Shown here: positions 25,910-38,271 of the stretch, piece by piece | Position numbering within the stretch: the stretch's first letter is position 1 | How the letters are laid out: each line of letters opens with the position of its first letter | Source: Mobula hypostoma | Lineage: Eukaryota | Length of the DNA: 64,000 nucleotides | Reading direction: 5' to 3' | NCBI RefSeq assembly: GCF_963921235.1 | Contig: NC_086108.1 | Location: 38,380,001-38,444,000 of the forward strand | The notes under the pieces: generated by a model | Databases searched by the model: none | Seen by the model: only the letters and a program-made list of their open reading frames with translations | Told to the model about the DNA's origin: nothing | Position numbers and translations under genes: made by a program

Positions 25910-26112
25910 AAAAAATTCTGCAGGTGCTGGAAATCGGAGCACACACACAAAATGCTGGAGGAACTCAGCAGGCCAGGCAGTATCTATGGAAAAAAAGTAC
26001 AGCTGATGTTTCAGACCCTGTCAAAGGGTTTCGGCCTGAAACGTTGACTGTACTTTTTCCATTGATGCTGCCTGGCCTGCTGAGTTCCTCCAGCATTTTG
26101 TGCGTGTTGCAC
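25910..26112. repeat. Palindromic Penelope-terminus-derived element
   Basis: ~70-bp inverted arms cacaaaatgctggaggaactcagcaggccaggcag / ctgcctggcctgctgagttcctccagcattttgtg. Confidence 0.8.
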
Positions 26113-27248
26113 AAAATACTTGGGTCCTGTTCTGCTAAAGTAACCGCAAGATTAGTGGCTGGAATACTTAAGCTTCTGCTTAATATTTATTCTGAAATAT
26201 TGATAGTGGTGGCTTCAGCAGTCACGATGCCATTGAATGTCAAAGGGAGAGTTTTAAGATCTAGACACAAGAGATGGGGGTGGGGTTAGTTCCATCTATT
26301 CCTATGCATTTATTCACCCACTGGCTCTCTTGTGAGGTGGAAAGGGAACAATAAAGCAATGAGAACAGGGGTATAGAAAGACAGGGGTGTGAAGAGAAAG
26401 ATTAGAGAAGAGCACAAGTAATCTGTGATTCAGTCACCTTATCTGCACTCAATCTCATCTATGCAGAGGAGGCCCATCAGATCACCAAATGCAGCAGGTA
26501 AATTTGAAGGAGGTGTACTTGAATCTTTCCAGCATCAGGAAGGTGCTTAGGTCCCTAAGAAGGGAGGAGATGTGGCATCTCCTGTGGTTGCAGGGGAATT
26601 AGAAGGGGATCAGTGTAGAGGGATGAGCAGGGAGTCATCCAGGGAGTAGTTCCTGTGGAAGGCAGAAAGTGGTGGGCAAGAGAATATACGTCTCATGACT
26701 TGTCCTTCTTATGTGTAGGAGGAGTGCAAGAAACGAAGATACATTTGAGCTTCTGGGTCAGCCCTTGATGCTTCTCAAGTCCAATGGCATTAACCATTCT
26801 CATTAGCACATCTCATATGTTTAGCCCGAGAGGTGCCTCACATAGCTCACCCCTTCCATATGAACTAGGGGCACTTATTAATGCAAAAGTATTTTCTATC
26901 TCCTTGAGATATGAACTGGATACGCATTTTTTCACCTACACAAACACCACTGCTGGCATTTTGACAATCGTTTTAAAATCCATCTTATTAGAGATTAACA
27001 CTAGCTGGGAGTTGTGTACCATTTATTGCCTAATGCCTTAATTTTGTTAGATCATGCTCTTCTTCATTATCATTAAGCAAAATGGAACACAATTGTTTCC
27101 ATTTCTGATGCTATGACCGAGAAAAATTCACTGAGAAGCAGATAAAGATGATTGGAGCCATGAAATAGCTGAAGAGCTCTGCAGAGACTACTGGGACTGT
27201 GACTGGTTTCCCACACTACATCTGCCTTTATCCAGAGCTTTCACAGAT

Positions 27249-27276
27249 AGAGAGAGAGACAGAGAGGGGGGGGGGG

Positions 27277-27326
<50 letters not shown>

Positions 27327-27350
27327 GCGAGAGAGAGAGCAAGAGAGGGA
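27249..27350 (+). repeat. (GA)n microsatellite with poly-G
   Basis: Directly visible. Confidence 0.95.
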
Positions 27351-29519
27351 TCCAATAATAAATTATGGGGAAATTTCATCAAGCTCTTGCTGTGCTGGTG
27401 AAATCAATGCAAAATCTAGTGGTGGTGCACAGCCTTGATGTTACTGGCAGAGCTCAAATAGCAGTCCCAGGTTACCACAATCATGTGGGAGTCCTAAACT
27501 CAAAGATATATCTCAGCAAGACTGCTGGAAAATCCCAGCAAATCGTATCAGTTCAGTCGCGAACTGGCATCATTTTAGCACTGAAATAGATTTACTCAAT
27601 GTGGACAATCAAGAAATATTTATGTAGAATTCATTTATTTGAACTGATTCAAAAATGAATACATATTAAAAATGGTATGCCAATAGGAGCGTTATTACCA
27701 TTATTGAAGTTCTGACTAATCAAAGTATTTTCAGCCCTGAACCAATTTTAGCACACGGTTTTTCCAGAATTCATAAGTTTTACCTTTGGTACTCCACAAT
27801 CAATTGACTCTTGGGTTGCTCTTTTGCTAAGCATATAAATAGCCAATGTTTTGTTTTTGAACAAATATCTGGAAATGTAATTCCTGAAACAGCAGCAAGA
27901 TAAAGATTTCAGATTCCTCCATGATCGTATTTCTAAAATCTCCTCAAGAACACACCATTCTTCAGAGTAACAGTAGTCTTCCAACTTTGATTTTCTAATC
28001 AGCTCTAAATTTAAAAATCAAAATCAAATCAAGATTGATTTATGTAATTTCCTGTACATTAGAGAAATGGAGAATTAAGTAATTGTTACTCCGGATCTGA
28101 TGCAGCACAAAAAAAACCCACAATTGATAAAGAACACAATAAATATTAATGCATTAGGTAGCTTATATACATAGATTGATCGCATGTCTATAAAGTGATG
28201 CTAGGCACAGGAGGGTCGGTACATAAAGTGACTGACAGAAAATAAGAAAGTAGTGGTGGTTGGGGATGTAGAGGGTTAGGATGGTAGGTAGAGTTGATGA
28301 TCATCCTTACTGTTTGAAAAAATAATGACTCCACTATGAATAATTTTGCCTCAGCTTTCTAGGCTTCACAATCTTCGATTCTTTTGCCAATTTCCACCTT
28401 CCCCCTATTTTTCTGATTTCTTCCATGCTTTAGGATGCCCCTTAAAACTTGTCTATATGGAAAAGCTTTTAGTCTCAGCATGTGACTTGGCATTCTTTTT
28501 TTTCCTTTGTCACTAAGAACTGGTAAGTAAAATGAACACTATGCAACCACTGATCATTTCCATTTCTGATGTTAGGATTGAGAAAAATTCACAAGCAGAT
28601 GAACTGCCCTAGGTGCAGACCACTGCGACTGTGATTGGCTTCCCTCACCACATCTGCTTTTATCCATAACATTAATAAATATTAAAAGTGAAATACCAAA
28701 AAAGTATCAAAACTACAGACATGCTGCTTCATTAAAGATGGCATATAAACCATTTTTATTTTGCAGTTGCATAGCAACTATCTCAAGGGCAGCAGTTGCA
28801 CGAGTTCAGAGATTCCTGAGTTGTAAAATCCTATATCCAATACATGTGTTACTATTCCTTAAAATAATTACAATGTTGGAAAACATTAGCATTGTTTAAG
28901 TATAATTAAAATTGCATATCAATATGTATATCCAAAACATCTAAAAAAGAAACATAGGTATATTTCTTTTCACAATACTGTACCATTGTTAAAAGGATCA
29001 TCTATAGGAATGACAATTCTTTTAAAATTAAAACAGCCAGATGAACATATTTTTTCCATAGCTACATTTCAGTAGATGATGTCTGTTACAGAGTACCAAA
29101 CAAGAGAAGCAACTGAATTATCACTCCACTATTAGAAAGTGTGAGCTCAAGCTCCTTAACTTGTCAAATTAATGAACTGCATGAAATATTCAGACTCTAG
29201 ATGGGACAGGAGAGATTTATGAATAATAATGCATATGCAAGGGAAGTTTAAAAATGCAGTAAGTGCTTACACTGGATTAGAAGAAATGGTAAATTTCAAA
29301 ACTTCCCAATATAAACTATACATCTTGCACATATTGTAAACATCTACCTTTCAAAATCACAGCCTTGACTTAGCCAAGAATGTGGTCTATGGGGACAAAC
29401 TTTAAATAATTGAGCAATCAATGTTTCCAGCATATTTCCAAGAGGCAGTGGAGGACGATGAGTTTAGTGATTCAGTGCATTTAGTGGTTTTGCAATAGCT
29501 CAGCATTTAATGCTATCAC

Positions 29520-29800
29520 CCCCTCAAACTAATTTATAAGCTTCAAGACATAAGCTCAATACTACCTTGTGTGATTGGATCCTCATTTTCCTCACTTGCA
29601 GACTCTAGTCAGCTCGGATTGGCAACAACATCTCTTCCACAATGTCCATCAACACAGGGCACAAAAAAGTTTAGCCAGGTGCTCTATTCACTTTATACTT
29701 AGGACTATGAGGCTAAACACAGCTCCAATACCATAGTTAAGTTTGCTGATGACACCACTATCGTTGGCTGAATCAAAGGTGGTGACAAATCAACATACAC
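29520..29800 (+). mobile_element. Rex1/Babar RT fragment
   Basis: Homologous to 15800-16035; encodes KFADDTT. Confidence 0.7.
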
Positions 29801-30344
29801 AGTACAGCACATATATATAGCTAGGGTGCCTAAGACTTTTGGACAATTTTATGTATTTTACTGTACTGCTGCTGCAAAATAAAAACAAACTTCATGACAT
29901 GAGTGATAATAAACTTGATTATGATAAGAGTCTCTAATGCAGACTGGGAGTAGGTAGGGGACAAGGAGAGGGGAATTATGGTTGGGAAAATGGGAAGGGA
30001 GGGGGAGGGAGCAGGAAGCACTGGAGAGACATTCTATAAAGATTAATAAACCAATTATTTGTAATCAAATAAGCTTGCTTCACTCGACTTCCCTCGTTCC
30101 ATCACTGTACTGTCCCCACAACTTATGGATTCACTTTCAAGGAATCTTCACCTCATGCTTTTGATATTTATTGCCTATTTATTTATTTATGATTTTTTTC
30201 TTTCTTTTTATATCTGCAAGTATTTTGAAGGTACACAAAAAAAATCATGAAATCGATGCTTCACTTTCACAGCAAACAACATATTTTAGCAGTACAGCAG
30301 TACAACCTGGGAATCATAGTTTTTATTTGTTTTGTTTAGCAATA

Positions 30345-30985
30345 CCATAAGACATAGGAGCATAATTTGGTCTATTGAGTCTGCTCCACCATTTCATCAT
30401 GGCTGATCCAATCTTCCTCTCAGCCCCAATTTCCTGCCTTCTCCCCATATCTATTCATGCCCTGGCCAATCAAGGATCTATCTACCTCTGCCTTAAATAT
30501 ACATAAAAACTTGGCCTCCACAGCTACATGTGACAATCAATTACACAGGTTCACTACTCTCTGGCTAAAGAAATTATCTCTCATCTCTATTTTAAAAGGA
30601 CTCCCCTCTATTCTGAGGCTGTGTCCTCTGGTCTTAGACTGTCCCATTATAGGAAACACTCTCTCCACATCCACTCTATCAAGGCCTTTCACCATTCAGT
30701 AGGTTTCAATGAAGTCACCCCCTCAGAATTCTGAATTCTAGTGAAAACAGGCTCAGAGCTACCAAACGTTCTTCAAATGACAAGTCATTCAATTCTGAAA
30801 TCATTTTTATGAGCCTCCTTTGATCACTCTCCAGTTTCAGCACATCCTTTCAAAGGGGCCCAAAACTGTTCCAAGTGAGGCCCCACCAGTTCTGTATAAA
30901 GTTTCAACATTGCATAAGGTATCAACATGACTCCCTTGCTTTTATATTCTCGCCTTCTTGAAATGAATGCTAACATCGCATTTGC
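30345..30985 (-). mobile_element. CR1 3' fragment
   Basis: Same 3' UTR as 2456-2850; ANAMLAFISRRREYKSK peptide. Confidence 0.8.
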
Positions 30986-31220
30986 AGCACAGAATAGACC
31001 CTCCGGCTCAAATAGCTGCACTATCCAGCAATACACCCATTTAACACTACCCTAATCACAGTACAATTTACAGTGACCAACTTACTAACCAGTATGTCTT
31101 TGGGATATAGGAGGAAACTGGAGCACCCAGAGGAAACCCAAGCAGTCACGGGGAGAATGTACAAGCTCCTTACAGCCAACACTAGAAGTAACCCCTGAAT
31201 GCTAAAGCCCCGAACTGTAA
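30985..31220 (-). mobile_element. V-domain SINE
   Basis: ggaggaaactggagcacccagaggaaacccaagcagtcacggggagaatgtacaagctcc is the reverse V-SINE core. Confidence 0.75.
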
Positions 31221-31297
31221 AGTTCCTGGCAAGTTAAAAACAAGTTACCTCTACTCGTTATGAGCAATGACTAATGATGCCTTAGTGGACCACTTAC

Positions 31298-31369
31298 CAA
31301 ATGCTTGCAATGACCTGAGATGAATGGGTCTCTGGATTTCTTCATCTGATTTTGAATTATTGAATGCCT
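31298..31369 (-). CDS. Candidate 72-nt cassette exon
   Basis: ctctgtttttccttgactgtgaaag|AGGCATTC...GCATTTG|gtaagtgg; strong donor; open in phase 1 (AFNNSKSDEEIQRPIHLRSLQAF) and phase 0. Confidence 0.3.
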
Positions 31370-32809
31370 CTTTCACAGTCAAGGAAAAACAGAGTTCAAA
31401 GTTCATACCTTGAACCTGTTGTTAATATTATAAAGAATCACTTGTAAGAGGCTTCTCTTTTCAATAGTTCAATAGTTCCATTTAATATAGAATGCAGACA
31501 ATATACCCTGAAATGCTCCTCTTCATGGACATCCATGAAAACAGAAGAGTGCCCCAAAGAACGAGTGACGGTAAAAACATTAGCACCCCGAAGCCCCATC
31601 CTACTCCCCCTTCCATACACAAGCAGCAACAATGACCCTCCCCCATTTACTTCAGCCAAAAAAAAATGCATCATCACCCTCTACCCTCCAAGCAAGCAAT
31701 AGCAAAGCACCCAAGATCACTATCTGCAGTACAACAAAGACTAATCGTTCACCCAACAATTTGGCATACCATAGTGGGTCCCCTTATCATGGAGAGAAAA
31801 CCAACAAATGCAAACAACTTGCTGTTTGCGGAGTAAAAGTCTGCCTCATCACTATTTTCTCCCCCAATGTTGTACTTTCAATTTTGGAATCCCCAAAGGC
31901 TTGATTCTTCCACCAATTTCACATCTATTTCTTGCTATTGATGCAAACTGGAAAACATCAACTTCTGTATTAAATTAATCCTACTCCATTGCATTACCAC
32001 CTCCCTCAGACCTCATACCCCTCTTACCGATTATCTTGGCACAATACTGCAACCCTTCAGCAGGACTGACAACGTTGTACTTAGCCCCAAAATGAGTCAG
32101 CCCACGCAACTTTTCCTACTACTACCTTCACAACATGGTTTCCTAATTTCCTGTCTCTGTTCATTTGCCATTGAAACTGTCCAGCTCTGATATCTACATA
32201 CGTACTTGCACTTCATGTCTTAGCTGACCATCATTCCATTTTCCACTCGACATGAACATGAATTTATCACTGATTTTGTTGCTCATGTCTTAACTCGCAC
32301 CAGGTTCAATTTACTCATCTTTACATATATGAGAAAGTAGGTAGTATGGTAAGCTTTCAGGTGACACTAAACTTGATGTTCTCATGGATAGCATCAAGGG
32401 TTCTCTAAGATTACAATAGGATCTTAAATCAACAGGACCAGTCCAATTCAGAAAAAATGCAGGGCAAAAGTTACACCAGTAAATGGAAGAGCCCTGGACA
32501 GTGTTTAGGACAGACAAGCATCTTTTATTAACTGAGAAGACCAGGCTTTTGCATAATATATGGTTTCAATAGGCCCTTATATAATTAAATCAAGAATTAT
32601 TACTCTTGCATTCAAATCCTCTTGCAGCCAAAGTTAAGAAGTTGACAACTATGCAAGGAAATGGATACTCAAATGAAATAAGATTATTTCTTGGGGTGTT
32701 AGTGATCCCTTGGAGTTCGTCTTAAATTAGTAATGATATATTGTACGTGACTAAACCTGACTGAACTTTAGGGCCAAGTTGAATGTTCAGCTGGTATGAA
32801 TACAGACAG

Positions 32810-33135
32810 AAAGTCACAGAGCACTACAGAACAGAAAAAGGCCTTTTGGCCCATCAGGTACATGCTGAAATGTAATTCTACCTAATTTCCTTCACCTACA
32901 CCTGGACCATAGCACTCCATACCCCTCCCATCCATGTACCAATCCAAGCTTTTCTTGATGGTTGCAATCAAACCTGCATCCACCACTTACGCTGGCAGCT
33001 TGTTCCACACACACACTACCCTCTGAGTAAAGTTCTCCCTCAGGTTCCCATCACGTTTTTCACTTCTCACCATTAACCTATGACTTCTAGTTATAGTTTC
33101 CCACCAACCTCAGTGGGAAAACCCTTTTGCATTCA
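32810..33135 (-). mobile_element. CR1 3' end fragment
   Basis: Same family as 1060-1390 and 59945-60270. Confidence 0.7.
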
Positions 33136-34818
33136 CCGTATGTTTACACTCAATTTTGTACACAATGTACCTTCATTTGTACACCATCTGTCCACAAAAT
33201 GGCTTCTTGTTGAATACTCACATAACTTATTCCTTTTGAAATTGATCAAATAACTGTTGGAGTGAATTTTTGAATGTACATCATGGATGAACTTTGATAC
33301 ATAAATGTTACAGTCTCTGCACAAAAGAGCCACTACCAAATTAACATTCAAATTGACATTCAAGCATAGAGATATGTTTAAAACAGAACCTTAAATTTCT
33401 TGACCCAAGTTCAAAACAACGGTTAAAACTGCACTATTTCCCCTCTTTTAAATGGCAAAAATACAACTACGAACTGGAGAATCAATAAATCTTTCTTTAT
33501 GCATGAAGGAAACAATGAGAAATGATACATTAATTCATTCCAAAGGGCTATTTAAAATGCAAATTTCAACTCTTATCAAGTGTTCTTTCAATAAAAAAGA
33601 AAGGATGTTTCAATAAACAATTAATTGAAATTAGAAAACACTTCAAGATTCTTCACGGCTACAAATAGGTAGCAACCCAACTAATATTTGGTCATTAAAT
33701 AATCATTATGAATAAGTTTAATTTGATTTGTATGATTAAAATGTTAAGAAAAGTCCTTATATATTTATTAGGTATTACTTTAAAAGATATTCTAATAAAA
33801 ATATTGCATGTACACACCAACTGTCCATAAAATGGCTTCTTGTTAAATATTCACAAGATTTATTCCTTTTGAAATTGCCATTGTGAACTTATTTCTCCAT
33901 CTCACACAGCAACAGATCAAATAGCTGCTAAAGTGAATTTTTGAGCATACACCATGGAGCTGCACAGAAAGGCACTGACAGCCTGCTGAGGCACTATGCA
34001 ACTGATGTGCGGAGGAGTCACCAAGTCTTTCTAACCTCTCCTTTTCCAAGCAGAATTGACTGTACATTTTAAAAAGCAAATGAAGATGTATAGTTTTTTT
34101 TAAAAATTACCCTAAGATAAAATTACACCTTAGTTGATGACAAGTAATTTATTGCGCACAATTTCCCTAAATGATCTTTGTTAATGATGATACCTCATTA
34201 TGACGAAAGGTTAGCAAAAAAAAGCTTTTCAGAACTTCAGAACCATATTTCCCTGTAATTTTTTGGCTGAAAAATAAATGCTACACTAATAAATGATTTC
34301 ATAGATGCAAATCTTAACAGTATAAAAATTGCTGAAAAGATCAGGATGACCTAACCTAATAGGCGACTGTTCATAATTTAATCCATAGAGATTACTCGTT
34401 CTAGACTAGTTTCACACTATTGGCATTATTCTTTTGTATCATTTTTCTGTGCACTATCAGAACAAAATTCTTAATATGGCTGAGGAAATATATTAGAGAT
34501 AATATCGCGGGTGTCTGTGCGGAGCTTCTATTCTTTTACCAGTGAACATCCGTCTATTTTTGATGTCCTAATTTGAATACAAGTTATTTGTCCCATTAAT
34601 TCCCATGAATTCTATGAATGGAAAATAATAAATAGAAATATTGGCAAAACAAAGCTATATGGAAGTTTATCAAATTAAATTTGTCACCCTTGAGTAATTT
34701 GCCAAGTTACTCACATGTTCTAAACTTGCATTTATCTAGATTTCTAACTGCAGAATTTTGCTTTTGTGAAAGTTAATGAATTGTTACAAAACAGTGCAAT
34801 TGCACCTCAATCCTAGAA

Positions 34819-34990
34819 CAGCGGTCCCCAACCTCTGGGCCACGGACCAATACCAGGCCGCGATGCATGCAGGGGTGCAGCGGTTGCCAGAACGCACCCA
34901 GCACATCTTTATGAAAAAAGCCAAAATAAACAAGCTAGTTAATTAGGTGCCGCCCTGCACGTAAATGTCGGTCCAGATTAGAAGCGATTA
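34819..34990 (+). mobile_element. Left half of a hAT (Charlie-type) MITE
   Basis: CAGCGGTCCCCAACCT terminus after ctagaa; homologous to 38797-38960. Confidence 0.7.
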
Positions 34991-34999
34991 TGCTATAAA

Positions 35000-35360
35000 A
35001 GTGATAGAGCTATAAAGGTGGGCAAGTTCTTTCTTGGGCAGACCACTCGCCTGGGTCCCACCTTCGGGCCGAGCAGCTGAACCAGCGCGAAGGACCTCCA
35101 CCCTAGCCAGTCCACAGTCGATCGGCTTCTTCAGGGACCACGCAGACGTTGCTAAGTATACTCGGCGGTGTAGACTACGAGGGGTTGCTTGAGTTAGCCC
35201 TACCTATTAGTGGTGTAGGTAGTGTACAATATACAGCATTTCTCGCAACTCTCTATTTTCTTCTCTGTATTAACAATAAAGTGGGTTTTGAAGGAACTAT
35301 CGAGCTTGGGTCCATTTGTTCAAGCGAAACCAAATAGTCGCAGCATCCACTTGTTACGGT
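35000..35360 (+). mobile_element. Possible partial solo LTR
   Basis: CpG-retaining unique block with tataaa near its start, AATAAA at ~35275 and a ttgttac end; truncates the hAT MITE. Confidence 0.3.
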
Positions 35361-35659
35361 TATCCTACTTAGATATCAGCTTTTGTGGAACACACACTCT
35401 CAACAGTTTGTGCGTACTTTAAAGAATCGCCATTATGAAGGCATAATGGCAACCTGAAAGTCATCACTACAATCCTACCTGAAGTAACAGAATAAATTTA
35501 AATAAAAACTAAGAAACAGAAATTAAACCTGATTAAGTTCCTCAAATCCCAGTTGGTTAACAAACTTCTGGATGTGAATGAAAGTCAACATTTCCCACAT
35601 TGGCATGGAAATTGTCCAGTGGTATTAAATGTTCAGGTCCTGGAGAAATCAGATTTATT

Positions 35660-36260
35660 TAAATTGGTAAATTGATTTATTGCTGTCACATATATTGAAA
35701 TATAGTGAAAACACTCATTTGTATGCCATCCGTACATTTAATTTTATCACAACAATACACTGAGTGCAAGGGAAAAAATAAATGCAGAATAAAGTGTTAC
35801 AATTACACAGAGAGCTTAGTGCAGACAGACAACAAGGTGTAAGTCCACATTGAAGTATATTGTGACATCAGGTGTCTTCATACTTGAGGGCCACTCAACA
35901 GTCTTAAAAGTGATAGAAGCTGCCCTTGAGTCTGGTGGCAGAGACAGAATGTCTGGGATGGGTGGGGACTTTGATTATTTTGGCAGATTTACCATGGCAA
36001 AGAGTTGCGCAGACAGGGCAGGGAGGGGGGGGTTTACATGCTAAACTTTGTCCAGAAGTCTCCACTTTCTTGCAGTCTAGAGCATTCAGCTGCCATATCA
36101 AGTCATGAAGCATCTGCATAGGATGTTTCCTACAATGCATTGATAAAAATTGGTGAGGCTCCAAGTGGAAATGCCAAATTCCTTTAGCCTCCCATGTTTA
36201 TAGAACTGTTGTATTTCCTTGGTCATAGCATCTGCATCGTTGGAACAGAACAGGCACAGA
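35660..36260 (-). mobile_element. Old Rex1/Babar 3' fragment
   Basis: KSAKIIKVPTHPRHS peptide; 3' UTR beginning tttattgctgtcaca. Confidence 0.65.
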
Positions 36261-37012
36261 ATGCTTTGAATACATCATGTTCATCAGAAAGGGATGTGCT
36301 GTTATTGTCCACACTGCCTTACTTCATTCTGTAGCCTGTTCTAACATGCAAGCCCTGCCACAACTAACGGCCGAGTCAGGGACTCGGTTTTGGACAGGTA
36401 CTGCATCTTGACATCCCTGATACTTTGTGGAGGTTGGATCTTGATTTCTTGTATTGATCCAGGTTACCTGATTTGAATGTTACAATCCTGGACTTCAGTA
36501 AGGATTAGACCTCCTGGTTCATCCATGGACCATGGGGAAGGTTGAGCAGGTAATAGAGTTGCCATAGAAATCAAAGTTCAAAGTACATTTATTATCAAAG
36601 TATGTAAATTATGCAACCTTAAGGTTCATCGGCTTACAGGCCATCACAAAGCAAGAAACCCATATTCAACCTTTGCAAATTGGCAAGGTGCTTAGATGGA
36701 TCAAATATCACTCCCGGTTCAGGTAGACAGGCTCCGAAACAACTCTGCTTCAACTTTATCCACTCCACTCACTCCAAATTTTCTCTGAAGTTTCAATTTC
36801 TGCACTTCTCTCCAACTTCTCCTGGAACATGCCTCAACCTAGCTCTATCTTTTTCTTGCACCTGTACGCTTCCACCTTTAGATCAGCCTCACCTTCGCTC
36901 ACCTCTTCATTGTTTGTGGTGATTGTTTACTGCAATTTTCCATACAGAAAAGCGTTATTAAAAGAGTATTTTGGCGTATTTTCATGAAGCCCTTCATGAA
37001 ATTCCACTTTTT

Positions 37013-37688
37013 TGGAGAGATATTTTCAATATTATTTCTAAGGTATTAAATATAGATATCTCTCCTCACCCTATTACTGCTATCTTTGGACTACCTAAAA
37101 TTTCTAGTAATCTTTCCCCTTCAGCCCGTAGAATGATTGCATTTCTTACTTTAATGGCGAAAAGATGTATTTTACAACATTGGAAAGAGCTTAATGCTCC
37201 AACTACCTTTTTTTGGTTTTCTCAGACGATTTTATGTTTGAATCTGGAGAAAATTAGAAGTAACCTTTATGATTCTTCATTTAAATTTGAACAGATTTGG
37301 GGACCTTTTATTCGATATTTTCATTTAATGTAATATTTACCCTTCTTGTTTTTTTTTACTGTTTTAATGGAGGTCGGGATTGAGGACGTGATTTTAAGTT
37401 TAACTCTGTTTGGTTTCAAGTTAGCCCATTGCTTTGCTTTGCTTTTAGTTAGTTGCACGGTGGGTTTTTTTTTTGGGGTTTTTTTTCTTTTTTTCCATTG
37501 ATATATATAAAATCTAGTATACTATTATGTTATCTTGGTTTCTTATGCTTAAATTACATTGTTTGTAGTATTTTCTTTTTGGTATTGTTATCTTTTGGAA
37601 TTTTATTATACTTTAACATTGTATTAATGTTTATATGGCTTACCTTTTTTGTATACTTACTCAATAAAAAGATTTAAAAAGAAAGAAA
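37013..37688 (+). mobile_element. Young 5'-truncated L1-clade LINE with 15-bp TSD
   Basis: Uninterrupted ORF2 C-terminus (FWRDIF..AIFG..AKRCILQHWK..W..LNLEKI..FEQIWGPFI..*), T-rich 3' UTR, AATAAA and A-rich tail; identical GAAATTCCACTTTTT at 36998-37012 and 37689-37703. Confidence 0.92.
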
Positions 37689-38271
37689 GAAATTCCACTT
37701 TTTCAGAGCCATTTTAAAATCAATTTCCTTCCCTGAAAGATCTTCAACAATGTTCTATCACATATTCCTGACATCCTCAAGTCAGCAAGTTTTCAATGTC
37801 ATGAATCCAAGCTCATCAAGTGTTTTGTGATTTGATATTCAGCTTACATCAAATACAGAGCACAACATTGCAAAGCCAAAAGAACATTTAACCAAGAGGC
37901 CGATGAAGGTTCAAAATCTGGTTGAATAGAAACTGTTGTGCATGCTCTTTTGCTATTGATTTTGATGCAATATTGTGTCTAATGTGCAGATGCACATGTG
38001 CACTAAGAACAGTATTGCTCCCTATATTGTTAAAGGAAGCATATACAAAACTAACCACGACAGAATGTTCTGCAGGAAGGTCATTGATTTGAAACAATAA
38101 TTCAAGTATCTGTCCACAGATGCTAGTTTGAAGCATTTTCTGTTTTTATGTTAGTTTTCCAGCATCTGCAGTGTTTTGCTTTAAAACAAATATAGGCTAT
38201 ACACAGAATTGGGTGACTTAGCAAAGCATTACCAAATGTTCTAACGAACTTTTCCAATGTGCAAACATCTA

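Noticed and set aside
27188..27438. ER/LS-repeat ORFs
   Set aside because: Translations of the (GA)n microsatellite.
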